Of a stretch of 64,000 nucleotides of DNA, positions 1 through 9,445 are shown in pieces (the first letter of the stretch is position 1; the number at the start of each line of letters is the position of its first letter). The position numbers and the translations under genes were made by a program. Location: the NCBI GenBank assembly GCA_947449875.1, contig CANFSY010000001.1, positions 5,459-69,458 on the forward strand, in the 5' to 3' direction. The notes beneath the pieces were generated by a model. The model saw nothing but the letters and a program-made list of their open reading frames with translations, had not been told where the DNA came from and made no database searches. Source of the stretch: Paracoccaceae bacterium. Its GTDB lineage: Bacteria; Pseudomonadota; Alphaproteobacteria; Rhodobacterales; Rhodobacteraceae.

Positions 1-243
1 GACGGGGCCGACCCGCTGGTTGATCTGGAAGACGCGCCCTTTGTCGCCGATGCGATTGCCATGCTGCCGCCCAAACCGTGGAGCAAAAGCACTTGGTCTG
101 AATGGACCGATGCTGTCAAAGCCGCCACGGGCCGCAAGGGCAAGGGCCTCTATCGCCCGCTGCGCCGCGCCCTGACGGGCCGCGATGCGGGGCCGGAAAT
201 GGCCGATGTGATGCCCTTGTTGCAGGTGATCAAGGCGGGCTAA
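1..243 (+). CDS. gltX: Glutamate--tRNA ligase, C-terminal anticodon-binding part (5' truncated by window)
   Basis: Frame is open from base 1 to TAA at 241-243. '[29 protein letters not shown]' is the typical GluRS C-terminus. Confidence 0.85.
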   Translation, partial: DGADPLVDLEDAPFVADAIAMLPPKPWSKSTWSEWTDAVKAATGRKGKGLYRPLRRALTGRDAGPEMADVMPLLQVIKAG

Positions 244-283
244 GCGGGTTTGGCGGGGGCGGCGCAGGGTGGTGCCACGAGCG

Positions 284-994
284 ATGACGCAGGAACGATC
301 TTCTGGTCTGGCCGGAGTTCAGGCGGTTATCCCCTTGGTCTTGGGGTACTTTCCCATAGCCTTTTCCTTTGGCGTCGCCGCCACCCGCAGCGGCTTGACC
401 CCGATTGAGGCGTTTTCGTTGTCGCTGATCGTGTTCGCGGGGGCCGCGCAGTTCTTAGCGATTGCGCTGCTGGCCAGTGGTGCGCCCGTGCTGGTGGCGG
501 GGTTGACCTTGGCCGCGATGAACCTGCGCCATGTGCTGTATGGGCCGACGCTGCTGCAACGGGCCGGCGAGGATCGGGCGACACGGTGGGGGTGGCTTTG
601 GGCCTTTGCCCTGACGGACGAGGTCTTTGGCGCAGCCCTCGGGGCCATGGCCAAGGGGCAACGCTTTTCGGAACCTTTCATGATGATCGTGGGCTTTGGC
701 GCCTATGCGTCGTGGTTGGCTGGCACCGTGGCGGGCGCTTGGGCGGGGGGCGGAGCGTTGGACGCTTGGCCCGCTATTGGCGCGGGGTTGGATTTCATGC
801 TGCCTGCGCTGTTTCTGGCGCTGCTGTTGTCGATCCTGACCGCGCGGCAGGTGCCTGCCATCGCCATTGCCGCTGCGGCAACGATGCTGGGCACGTGGTA
901 CGGATCGGCCACGCTGGGATTGTTTGCGGGCATGATCGCGGGGGCGGTCGGGGGGCTGTTCGCGCCCAAGACGGAGGCGGTTGATGCGGGCTGA
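284..994 (+). CDS. azlC: AzlC-family branched-chain amino acid exporter, large subunit
   Basis: Hydrophobic protein with motifs 'SLIVFAGAAQF', 'NLRHVLYG' and 'LTDEVF'. ATG at 284. Confidence 0.9.
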   Translation: MTQERSSGLAGVQAVIPLVLGYFPIAFSFGVAATRSGLTPIEAFSLSLIVFAGAAQFLAIALLASGAPVLVAGLTLAAMNLRHVLYGPTLLQRAGEDRATRWGWLWAFALTDEVFGAALGAMAKGQRFSEPFMMIVGFGAYASWLAGTVAGAWAGGGALDAWPAIGAGLDFMLPALFLALLLSILTARQVPAIAIAAAATMLGTWYGSATLGLFAGMIAGAVGGLFAPKTEAVDAG

Positions 995-1310
995 CGTGTT
1001 GCAACTGGCCCTGTTGTCAGGTGGCTTGACCTATGTGTGGCGCTATGTGCCGCTGCGGCTGACCTTGGGCGATATGCCCAAAGACGGCCTTTTGTCGCGC
1101 TTTCTGGCCGCCACGGGCCCCGCCGCGATTGCCACGCTTTTTGTGGCCGAAATGCTGCCCCTTTTGCACGGCACGCAGGCGGTGCAGGGCAGGGCGGGCG
1201 TGGGGGTCTTGGCGGTGATCTTGGCCTTTTCATGGCGCAAATCGGTTGTCTTCGCCACGCTGGCAGGGGCTTGCGCCTGTGGGGTCGCGGCTGCGCTGGG
1301 ACTGTCGTAA
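984..1310 (+). CDS. azlD: AzlD-domain small membrane protein
   Basis: About 108 aa, hydrophobic, overlaps the azlC end, with a 'TYVWRYVP' AzlD-type N-terminus. Confidence 0.8.
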   Translation: MRADVLQLALLSGGLTYVWRYVPLRLTLGDMPKDGLLSRFLAATGPAAIATLFVAEMLPLLHGTQAVQGRAGVGVLAVILAFSWRKSVVFATLAGACACGVAAALGLS

Positions 1311-1472
1311 CAGACTTGCGATCTGGGTTGGCACCTGAAAAAGCGTCATCGACGGCAGGCCGAGCGTCCTAAAGGGGGGGCACATGGCTGCGGCCGCAAG
1401 CAGGACGCGCCGCTTTGCTGATGACTGCTACGCCGTAAATCCTTGACGGCATGACCAGAACGACTGTGCCCT

Positions 1473-3233
1473 TTACGCCAAATTCACCCTTGGCAACAAT
1501 CCCTTGGCATTGGCCAACAGCGCCTCGCGCAGGCGGGGGCGGTCGGTGGCGTAATTGCGGGTGATGGCGGCGCTGCGTTGATGGGTTGTCCAATCGTTGG
1601 CGGCCAGCAGCGGGGCGTCCGGGGCTTCGGGCAAGTGGCGGGCACGGATCAGGTCGGCCATGCGTTCGGCCATGACCAAGGTCGGCGCGTTCAGATCGCC
1701 CGCTGTCGCCTGCGGCATAACCGAGGCATCAACCACCCGCAGCCGCGCGATCCCGCGCACGGTGCCATCGGGGCGTGTGACATCGGCAGGATCACTGCCC
1801 ATCTTGCAGGTGCCGCAGGGGTGATAGGCACTTTCCAGCTTTTGGCGCAGAAAGTCGTCCAGATCGTCTTGGGCCACGCGCCCATCGCCGGGGGCAAGCT
1901 CGCGCCCGCGGTAGGGGGCAAGGGCGGCTTGGGCAAAGATCTCGCGGGTGTGGGCGATGCAGGCGCGAAATTCCAGCCAGTCGTCCTCGTGGCTCATATA
2001 GTTAAAGCGCACGCGGGGCAGGCTGGCGGGGTTGGCATCGCGCAAGCGCACCCAGCCGCGACTTTTCGAGCGTTTGGTGCCGACATGCACCTGATACCCG
2101 TGGCCAGAGGCCAAGGTCTTGCCATCGTAGGAAATCGCCAGCGGCAGGAAGTGGTACTGGATGTCAGGATACACAATCCCCGCGCGGCTGCGGATATGGC
2201 CGCCGGTTTCGAAATGGTTGGTGGCCCCAAGGCCCTTATGGGTCAGCAGCCATTCCACCCCGATCTTGGCCTTGCCCAACAGGCTGACATTGGGAAACAG
2301 GCTGATGGGCTGGGTGCATTCTTGTTGGATATACAGCTCCATATGATCCATCAGGTTTTCGCCCACTTGGGGCGCATGATGCACCACCGAAATCCCGTGG
2401 TCGCGCAGCTCCCCCTCTGGCCCGATGCCAGAGCGTTTGAGCAAGACCGGCGACATGATCGACCCCGCCGACAAGATCACCTCGCGCCCGGCGCGGGCTT
2501 CGCAGGGCTGGCCCTTGACGCTAAAGCGCACGCCGGTGGCGGTTTTGTCGGTTGTCAGCACCTTTTCCACCAAAGCGCCGGTGATGACGCGCACATTGCC
2601 CCGCGCCATGGCGGGGCGCAGGTAGCCTACGGCGGCTGAACAGCGTTGCCCTTGGCCCACGTTCATCTCCATCGGGCCAAAGCCTTCGTGCTGGCGTTGG
2701 TTCATATTGGCGCTGGCGGCATAGCCCGCCTGAAGGCCGGCCTGCACAAAGGCGTGGTAAAGCGGGTTCTTTTCCGGCCCGCGGGTGACTTTGATCGGCC
2801 CGTCTGTGCCGCGCAAAGGGCCGCCTTCGCGCACCGATTCCAGCCGTTGGAAATAGGGCAACACGTTGGACCAGCGCCAGCCTTCGGCGCCCAAAGCCTC
2901 CCACAATTCATAATCCATCGGGTTGCCGCGCACCCAGCACATGCCGTTGATGGAAGATGACCCCCCCAAGCCCCGCCCGCGTGGCAGGTTGATCTGCCGC
3001 CCGCCAAGGCCCGGTTCGGGTTCGGTTACCATACCCCAGTTGAACCGTGCCGTGTTCATCGGGATTGTCAGCGCCGAGGGCATTTGCACCATCACCGCGC
3101 GATCATCGCCGCCCGCTTCCAGCACAAGGATGCGGGTTTTGGGGTCTTCGCCCAAGCGGTAGGCCAAAACACAGCCCGCCGATCCTGCGCCGATGATGAT
3201 GTAATCGTAAGCGCCTTCGTCGCGGGGGGTCAT
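1473..3233 (-). CDS. BetA-like (choline dehydrogenase-type) GMC oxidoreductase
   Basis: GAGSAG FAD motif, 'GRGLGGSSSINGM', 'YPDIQYHFLP', 'ESAYHPCGTCKMG'. ATG at 3233 overlaps the cupin stop (ATGA). Confidence 0.85.
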   Translation of the reverse strand: MTPRDEGAYDYIIIGAGSAGCVLAYRLGEDPKTRILVLEAGGDDRAVMVQMPSALTIPMNTARFNWGMVTEPEPGLGGRQINLPRGRGLGGSSSINGMCWVRGNPMDYELWEALGAEGWRWSNVLPYFQRLESVREGGPLRGTDGPIKVTRGPEKNPLYHAFVQAGLQAGYAASANMNQRQHEGFGPMEMNVGQGQRCSAAVGYLRPAMARGNVRVITGALVEKVLTTDKTATGVRFSVKGQPCEARAGREVILSAGSIMSPVLLKRSGIGPEGELRDHGISVVHHAPQVGENLMDHMELYIQQECTQPISLFPNVSLLGKAKIGVEWLLTHKGLGATNHFETGGHIRSRAGIVYPDIQYHFLPLAISYDGKTLASGHGYQVHVGTKRSKSRGWVRLRDANPASLPRVRFNYMSHEDDWLEFRACIAHTREIFAQAALAPYRGRELAPGDGRVAQDDLDDFLRQKLESAYHPCGTCKMGSDPADVTRPDGTVRGIARLRVVDASVMPQATAGDLNAPTLVMAERMADLIRARHLPEAPDAPLLAANDWTTHQRSAAITRNYATDRPRLREALLANAKGLLPRVNLA

Positions 3234-3583
3234 GATACGATCATGTAGTATTTCAGCATCTCGCCCGGTTGCCGCCAATAGCCGCGAAAGCCTTTGGGGA
3301 TCAAAAAGCTGTCGCCCGCTGTGTAGGTGGCGGAAAAGCTTTCATTTTCCACAGTGACTTCGCCTTCCAACACCACCATGAATTCATCGCAGGGGTAGCT
3401 TTCGTAAAACTCGGTATAGCCGCAAGAGCGCCAGATACCGGCTTTGACATCGCCGCGTTCATACCACGCGTGATCCAACCCCACGGGCTGGCCTGAAATC
3501 AATTCCGCCGTGGCCAAGGGCGCACCGGCAGCGGTCAAAAAGCCGGTCGGGCCGGTGGGGGTAAAGCGGATGGGATTGGGCAT
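3230..3583 (-). CDS. Cupin (EutQ/DUF861-like) protein
   Basis: 'AGIWRS...YPCDEFMVVLEGEV...AGDSFLIPKGFRGYW...LKYY' cupin_3 pattern. Confidence 0.85.
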   Translation of the reverse strand: MPNPIRFTPTGPTGFLTAAGAPLATAELISGQPVGLDHAWYERGDVKAGIWRSCGYTEFYESYPCDEFMVVLEGEVTVENESFSATYTAGDSFLIPKGFRGYWRQPGEMLKYYMIVS

Positions 3584-3586
3584 GGG

Positions 3587-4687
3587 TTAACCTGATTTGA
3601 TATCTTGAAAGATGCGGGTCAAAGCGCGGTCTTGGTCTTCGTTCAGGGCCTTGGGGGCCCACAGGCGACCGCGCGTTGATGCATCCGGGTAGATGGCCGG
3701 ATCGGCCAGAACGGCGGGGTCAACAAAGGCGTTGGCGGCCTGGTTGGCATTGGCATAGCCGATAAAGTCGGTGCATTTGGCAATGACCTCGGGCTTCATC
3801 AGGTAGTTGAGGAAAGCATGGGCATTGGCCTTGTTGGGCGCATCGGTTGGAATGGCCATCACGTCAAACCACAAGGGCGCGCCGGTTTTGGGCACGGCAT
3901 AGGCAAGGTTCAGAGCAAGACCCGCACTTTGCGCACGCGCTTTGGCCACGGCGTAATCGCCCGACCACGCCATCACCGCGCAGACATCGCCATTGGGCAG
4001 GCCGTTGAGGTAGTTTTCATTGTCAAAGGCCGTGACATATTGGCGCATGGCTTTGATCAGTTCGGCGGCCTTGTCATATTGGCTGACATCGGTCGTATCA
4101 GGATCAATCCCTAGGTATTTCAGCACCATCGGGATCAGATCGCGCGGGCTGTCATGCAGGCTTAACCCGCAATCCGCCAGTTTCGCGGCATTTTCGGGTT
4201 TGAAGATTGTGTCAAGGTCGGTCAAATCGGCATCTGGCAACCGCGCTTTGACCAGATCGACGTTATAGGCAAAGCCCACCGAGCCCCACATATAGGGCGC
4301 GCAATGGGCAACGCCCGGGTCCCACGGATCAAGGACCGCCAACAGATCGGGGTCAAGGTTTGACCACAGCGGCAACAAGCTGCGGTCAAGCACGTCAAAA
4401 AGACCCGCCTTCACCAGCATTGGCATCGAGCGGCCTGCCACATCGACCACGTCATAGCCGGTAGACCCTGCCAGCAACTTGGCCTCGCCGTCCTCATAAG
4501 AGGAATAGGTGTCATAGACCGGCGTGATCCCTGTTTCGGCTTCAAAATCGGCAAGGGTCGTCTCGCCGATGTATTCGGCCCAGGAATAGATATTCACCGA
4601 CCCCGCCGCCGCATAAGAGGGCCTGACCCAAGGCAAGCTCAATGCCGCCCCCAAGCCTGCCAAGGTCGCGCGTCTGGTGAGTGTCAT
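3587..4687 (-). CDS. PotD/PotF-type polyamine ABC substrate-binding protein with Tat signal
   Basis: MTLTRR twin-arginine leader, 'YSWAEYI', 'PYMWGSVG', 'WSGD', 'WFDVMAIP', 'AHAFLNYLMKPEV'. Confidence 0.88.
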   Translation of the reverse strand: MTLTRRATLAGLGAALSLPWVRPSYAAAGSVNIYSWAEYIGETTLADFEAETGITPVYDTYSSYEDGEAKLLAGSTGYDVVDVAGRSMPMLVKAGLFDVLDRSLLPLWSNLDPDLLAVLDPWDPGVAHCAPYMWGSVGFAYNVDLVKARLPDADLTDLDTIFKPENAAKLADCGLSLHDSPRDLIPMVLKYLGIDPDTTDVSQYDKAAELIKAMRQYVTAFDNENYLNGLPNGDVCAVMAWSGDYAVAKARAQSAGLALNLAYAVPKTGAPLWFDVMAIPTDAPNKANAHAFLNYLMKPEVIAKCTDFIGYANANQAANAFVDPAVLADPAIYPDASTRGRLWAPKALNEDQDRALTRIFQDIKSG

Positions 4688-4800
4688 GTCATCCTCGCTG
4701 TCAATGCACAGGCCCCAAGCGTGCCAAAGCTTGCGGCGGGCTGACAAGTGACAAGATTTCTGGTAGCGTGACTTTGGGTTAACGGTTGAAGGGCATCTGT

Positions 4801-5748
4801 ATGCGAAAACTGCCGTCACTGACCGCGCTGCGCGCCTGCGAAGCCGTGGCCCGCACGGGCAGCGTTTCGGCCGCCGCCGCAGAGCTGCATGTGACGCGCC
4901 CCGCCGTTTCCAAGCAAATCGCCTTGCTGGAAAAGGACTTAGGCTGCCCGCTTTTTGACCGCAGGGGCAACCGCATCACCCCGACAGCGGCGGGGGCCGC
5001 GCTGTGTGCGGGGCTAAACCAAGCCTTTGATCTGATCTCTGCCACAGCGCAAAGTGTGGCGAACACGGCCAAAAGTGACCAAAGCGTGCGCGTGCTGGTC
5101 TGCCGTGATTTCGCGGCCAGTTGGCTTGGCGCGCGGGTCGGGGCGTTTTTGGTTGCCAATCCGGGCATCTCGGTCGAGATCACTGCCGAAAAAAACGGCA
5201 CATTCCGGCTGGAGCAGGATTTCGACTTTCGCATCTTTTATGGCCTGCACGGCCAACACGCCAAAGGCCCGCTGATCGAGACGGAGCTGTGTCGATGGGT
5301 TGACATGCCGGTGTGCACCCAAAGCTTTGCCGATGCCTATTTGCAGCCCGGACAAAGTGCCGAAATTCCGCATCTGGTCGATGCCAATTACAACGTGTTG
5401 CAAGAATGGATGCAGGCCGCGGGGATTGATTTTTCACCGCGCCGTTTGCGCAGCACGTTGTTTAACGAATCCACCCTGCCGATATCGGTCGCGGCTTCGG
5501 GCGGGGGGGTGGCGATCGGGGACAGTTTTCTGACGCTGCCGCTGATCGCGGTGGGAAAGTTGATTGTGCCCTATAAGGTCGGTTTGGTCAGTGCGCAGAC
5601 CTATGCGCTGTTCACCGCCAACCGAGCCCCCCGCAAAGCTGCCGACCGCTTTGAACGCTGGCTGCGCGGCGCGGTCGCGGCCTATCAATCAACGGTGTTC
5701 GAAGAACTTGGCCGTCACGGCATCAAAGTGCTGGAACGCGGGGGCTAA
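4801..5748 (+). CDS. LysR-family regulator (GcvA-like), divergent from the binding-protein gene
   Basis: 'LPSLTALRACEAVARTGSVSAAAAELHVTRPAVSKQIALLE...LFDR' HTH. Confidence 0.92.
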   Translation: MRKLPSLTALRACEAVARTGSVSAAAAELHVTRPAVSKQIALLEKDLGCPLFDRRGNRITPTAAGAALCAGLNQAFDLISATAQSVANTAKSDQSVRVLVCRDFAASWLGARVGAFLVANPGISVEITAEKNGTFRLEQDFDFRIFYGLHGQHAKGPLIETELCRWVDMPVCTQSFADAYLQPGQSAEIPHLVDANYNVLQEWMQAAGIDFSPRRLRSTLFNESTLPISVAASGGGVAIGDSFLTLPLIAVGKLIVPYKVGLVSAQTYALFTANRAPRKAADRFERWLRGAVAAYQSTVFEELGRHGIKVLERGG

Positions 5749-6626
5749 GCCGAAAGCGTCTTGGGCAAAGCCGGCAGGTTGAACGGGCGCAGCGCGGTGA
5801 GAAAATCGCGGCGGGCACTTTCCAGCGCCTCGACGGTGCCCACATCGCGCCAGTAGGGCGTGATCTTGGGATTGGGATGGGCAAAGCAGTAAACGCCCAC
5901 ATCGCCACGCTCGACCGCCTTGGGCAGGATGTCATGGCCAAAATCCATGGGCACGGGGCTGTCTTGCAAAATCTGGCGCAACCAAGGCCACTGTGTCACA
6001 TAGATGCCCATGCTGGCCAAGGCACGGTCTGGATGATTTGCCATCGCGGGCGGGGTGCTTGGTTTTTCGATAAAGTGCCGTGCATGGCACGCGCCTTCCA
6101 CGTCAAAGACGCCAAAGCCCCGCGCCTCGGACAGGGGCACGGGAAGGCTTGCGACGGTCATGGGCTTGCCCGTGGCGCGATGCGCGCCGACCAGATCGCG
6201 GTAGTCCATCTGATACACATGGTCCGCTGATAAGACGAGCAGGTCTTTGACCCGCGCTGCGTCAAACTCCCCCGCCAAGCTGGCCACCGCGTGGGCTGTG
6301 CCTTCAAACCCCAAGGGGCCTGCGACATCGGGGCCGTGGCGAAAGGTCAGCCCGTCGGCAAATTCTGCCGCCCAGTGGTTTTGCAAATGGTGCACCAAGC
6401 CGGTCGGGGCCCATTGGGTGCAAACCGTCATCGCACTGACGCCCGAGGCAAGGGCATTGGCCATCACAAAATCGACAATCCGCAGATCGCCCAGAAAGGG
6501 CACGGCGGGTTTGCTTTCGCTTTGCGTCAGCGCACCCAACCGCGTGCCACGACCGCCTGCCAAAAGAACGGCGACAAGGCCGCCGTTCCCGCAGGTGATC
6601 TTGGACGCTGTGGCTGACAGGACCAT
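5745..6626 (-). CDS. glgC: GlgC-like sugar-1-phosphate nucleotidyltransferase, catalytic domain only (no C-terminal beta-helix)
   Basis: 'LAGGRGTRL', 'KPAVPF', 'GTAHAV', 'ADHVYQMDY', 'FIEKP', 'SMGIY', 'DFGHDILP', 'YWRDVGT'. Stops about 30 aa after the last motif (293 aa). Confidence 0.75.
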   Translation of the reverse strand: MVLSATASKITCGNGGLVAVLLAGGRGTRLGALTQSESKPAVPFLGDLRIVDFVMANALASGVSAMTVCTQWAPTGLVHHLQNHWAAEFADGLTFRHGPDVAGPLGFEGTAHAVASLAGEFDAARVKDLLVLSADHVYQMDYRDLVGAHRATGKPMTVASLPVPLSEARGFGVFDVEGACHARHFIEKPSTPPAMANHPDRALASMGIYVTQWPWLRQILQDSPVPMDFGHDILPKAVERGDVGVYCFAHPNPKITPYWRDVGTVEALESARRDFLTALRPFNLPALPKTLSA

Positions 6627-6637
6627 CTTTGTACCGT

Positions 6638-7204
6638 TCAGCGCTTGGCTTCGATCATCTTGATCAGGGTCGAGGCCAGCAAATGCGCGTGCCCGCCGGT
6701 GCGTGCGGTGACCAGATCGCCGTCAACCACGACATCTTCGTCGACAAAGTTCGCACCGTAAGCCAAAGCGTCGCCGTGCAGGTTCGGGTGGCACGTCAGG
6801 CTGCGACCCTTGATCACCTCGACCACGGGGGCGCACAGCCACAGGCCGTGGCAGATGATGCCCTTCAAAACATTCGGCTTTGCAAACGCGCGCTTCAAAA
6901 GGCCAGCAGCCGGAGGGATCTTGGTCAGATCGCCGGTATAGCGCAGCCGGTCCGACAACATGCCCGACGGCACGATCAGCGCGTCATAGGTGTCAAGCGT
7001 GGCATCATCCAGCAGTTCCAGATTGCCGCTGCACTCGAAAGGCGCGTGGTATTCGTGGCCCTTGAATGTCAGCATGTCATTGCCCCAAAGCAGCGACATG
7101 AATTGGGCGTCATAGCCAGCTTCAAGGAAGCGGTAGTGGTAGTACCAGATCTCGTGCTCGTAAAAGTCGCTTTCGATCAGGATGGCGATTTTGGGTGCGG
7201 CCAT
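6638..7204 (-). CDS. DJ-1/PfpI-family protein
   Basis: 'ESDFYEHE', 'YDALIVPSG', nucleophile elbow 'ICHG', 'VVVDGDLVTAR'. ATG at 7204. Confidence 0.9.
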   Translation of the reverse strand: MAAPKIAILIESDFYEHEIWYYHYRFLEAGYDAQFMSLLWGNDMLTFKGHEYHAPFECSGNLELLDDATLDTYDALIVPSGMLSDRLRYTGDLTKIPPAAGLLKRAFAKPNVLKGIICHGLWLCAPVVEVIKGRSLTCHPNLHGDALAYGANFVDEDVVVDGDLVTARTGGHAHLLASTLIKMIEAKR

Positions 7205-7241
7205 GGCTTTTGCTTTCTTGAATGGGTTATCGCGCAAAGGA

Positions 7242-7270
7242 CTGTGGCGGCACCCAAGGTGCCGCCACAG
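7242..7270. terminator. Intercistronic GC-rich stem-loop (terminator or mRNA stabiliser)
   Basis: Perfect 13-bp stem CTGTGGCGGCACC-caa-GGTGCCGCCACAG just 3' of the AGE-STAS stop codon. Confidence 0.65.
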
Positions 7271-7276
7271 ATGGTA

Positions 7277-9409
7277 TCAGGACAAAGTGATCGACTGGCT
7301 GAAGGCCGAAGCCACGATCGCAGCGCGCACCGAGGCGTTGGCGCCACGGATCGCCAGAGCGAAGTTTTCGCCGGCTTTCTGCTTGCGGAACACCAAGTAA
7401 CGCAGGCCTTCGGTGCAGATGCTTTCCAGCTTGGAGGCGTCGATATCCAAGGCGGTCGCACCCTGAGAGATGGCCGAATTCACGGCGTCATCCAGATGCT
7501 TGAGGTCTTGCGAGGTCATCGTGCCCGAGAAGGACACCTTGGCTTCGCCGCCCGACACGCTCATCACGTCTGCGTCAAAGCGACGCGAACTTGGAACGAT
7601 GCGCACGCGCACTTTGATATCGCCGTGGCCCTTGGGCAGGGTCACAAACAGCTTGTTGGCGTCAAAGTCGGCATAGTCGTGGCCATCAATCCAAACTTGG
7701 TCGATGCGGATAGAGCCGACCGGCAGGATGTCGGGCTGAACGCGCAGGATGCCGTCGGCAAACCCACCCGGAGCGGGACGGAAGTAAAAGTCCATCGGCT
7801 CTTTGTTCACCAGCAGGTTGCTGTACACGGCGGCCAGATAGCACAGCTCGAAGCTGTGATAGCCAGACATCGAGTGCGAGCCTTTGCCGCGCTCTGTGCC
7901 CAAAGCAAACGGGTTGCCGTTGGCCAGAACGTTGAAATAGATCCCGCCTTCTTCCACGTCCAAGAACCAAGCGTTGTAGAACGCCGAGCCTTCACGGGCG
8001 TATTGCAGGTATTCTTCTTTGCCCAGAACGCCGTTCAAGATCAGATAGGCCAAGATGCCCTGCTCTTGCTGCCACCAAGCTTTGCGGTCGTGCCATGCAT
8101 AGCGGTGGAATTTCTGGCCCGGCTCTTTGACACGTTCAACCACGTCATACCAGCCGCCGCGCTGACGGTCAGCGCCGTGGTCGGGCATGGTGACGGCGAT
8201 TTTCTCGGCCAGATCGACGTATTCCTGCTTGGGAACCAAGCTGTTCATACGCATCAGGTTCCAAGAGATTTTCAGGTTGTGACCAACCACGCCGCGGTTT
8301 TGCTGCCAGCCCCAGCTTTGATCTTTCGACCAGTCGTCAAAGAACTTTTCCTGCACGAAGGGGCTGTTCTCGTAATCGGGGAAATGCGTGGCAATGGTGT
8401 CGAAAGTGTATTCCAGAAAATCGGCGTGCTGTTTTTCGCCCGTGGCCAGCCACAGGTTGATCAGATAAGCCGGAGCATGGTCGCCGACCGAGTTCCAGTT
8501 CTTGCGCGCGCGGTTGCGGCCAAGGGATTCGGAATGGGCGTCCAGCATGATCGGGTCGATATGGCTGTAATAGCCGCCAGCGGGCGATTGGTCTTTGTAG
8601 TAGCGGTTGAACAGGTTGATCGTACGGCGCGTGTCTTCGTAGATCGCCTTGTCGCCGGTGATACGGTAGGTTTGCACCGGACCGGCCAGAGCGTAGATTT
8701 GCTCGTAGCAGGGCAGCGCATCGTAGTCGTCGCCGAATTCCGACGCGAGGATCTTCTGCTCGCCGCCGTTGGCTTTGATATCGACCGCGTGGTACCAATA
8801 AACGATGTCATCGGCTTGGTCGACAAAGCGCAGGTGATCGCGCAGGTATTCGGTGCCTTTGTTGGCGGCTTCCAGATACACTTCTTTGCCGGTGACCAGA
8901 TAGGCCGACGCAAAGCCGTAAACCAAACGCGAGATCGTGTCGGTTTCCTGACGGCCGTTCTGGGTATGGGCCCCCGAAGAGCTTAGGTTGGTGCGGTAGT
9001 TTGCATAGTCGATCGGGCCGTCGCCGAACTGCGACTTGACATAGAACTGGCCCAGTTGGTCGATCTGCTTCAGCCACCAATCGGGCTTTTCGAATTCGTA
9101 GGACGATTCCGAACGGCCTGCGAACACGATGTGCTTGGCGTCGAATTCGATCTTGGACGCGCTGTCGGGATAGAAAACCCCGTAGGCGAACATGAAGCGG
9201 CCCGGGGTGAACATGGCGCGCATGTTGTCCGTCGCGTTTTTGAAGCCTTCGCCCAAGTTGCGGATGATTTCCGCATAGGTCGTGGGCGTCATGCCGATGA
9301 CATACTCGCGGCCATCGCTGGTTTTCATCGTGACGTGATCGGTGGCCGCATCATAGCTGGTTACATAACCGGCGATAAGGTCGGAGAAGCTGAAGTCTAG
9401 AGCGTTCAT
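7277..9409 (-). CDS. AGE-family (N-acylglucosamine 2-epimerase-like) (alpha/alpha)6 barrel protein with C-terminal STAS domain
   Basis: AGE-like segments 'SRLVYGFASAY', 'VGHNLKISWNL', 'DRQRGGWYD', 'KAWWQQEQ', 'GYHSFELC'. Last ~100 aa 'SFSGTM...IDASKLESICTEGLR' are STAS-like. Confidence 0.8.
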   Translation of the reverse strand: MNALDFSFSDLIAGYVTSYDAATDHVTMKTSDGREYVIGMTPTTYAEIIRNLGEGFKNATDNMRAMFTPGRFMFAYGVFYPDSASKIEFDAKHIVFAGRSESSYEFEKPDWWLKQIDQLGQFYVKSQFGDGPIDYANYRTNLSSSGAHTQNGRQETDTISRLVYGFASAYLVTGKEVYLEAANKGTEYLRDHLRFVDQADDIVYWYHAVDIKANGGEQKILASEFGDDYDALPCYEQIYALAGPVQTYRITGDKAIYEDTRRTINLFNRYYKDQSPAGGYYSHIDPIMLDAHSESLGRNRARKNWNSVGDHAPAYLINLWLATGEKQHADFLEYTFDTIATHFPDYENSPFVQEKFFDDWSKDQSWGWQQNRGVVGHNLKISWNLMRMNSLVPKQEYVDLAEKIAVTMPDHGADRQRGGWYDVVERVKEPGQKFHRYAWHDRKAWWQQEQGILAYLILNGVLGKEEYLQYAREGSAFYNAWFLDVEEGGIYFNVLANGNPFALGTERGKGSHSMSGYHSFELCYLAAVYSNLLVNKEPMDFYFRPAPGGFADGILRVQPDILPVGSIRIDQVWIDGHDYADFDANKLFVTLPKGHGDIKVRVRIVPSSRRFDADVMSVSGGEAKVSFSGTMTSQDLKHLDDAVNSAISQGATALDIDASKLESICTEGLRYLVFRKQKAGENFALAIRGANASVRAAIVASAFSQSITLS

Positions 9410-9445
9410 GACTACCTTCAATTTTAAAGGGGTTGCAGAGAAGAT

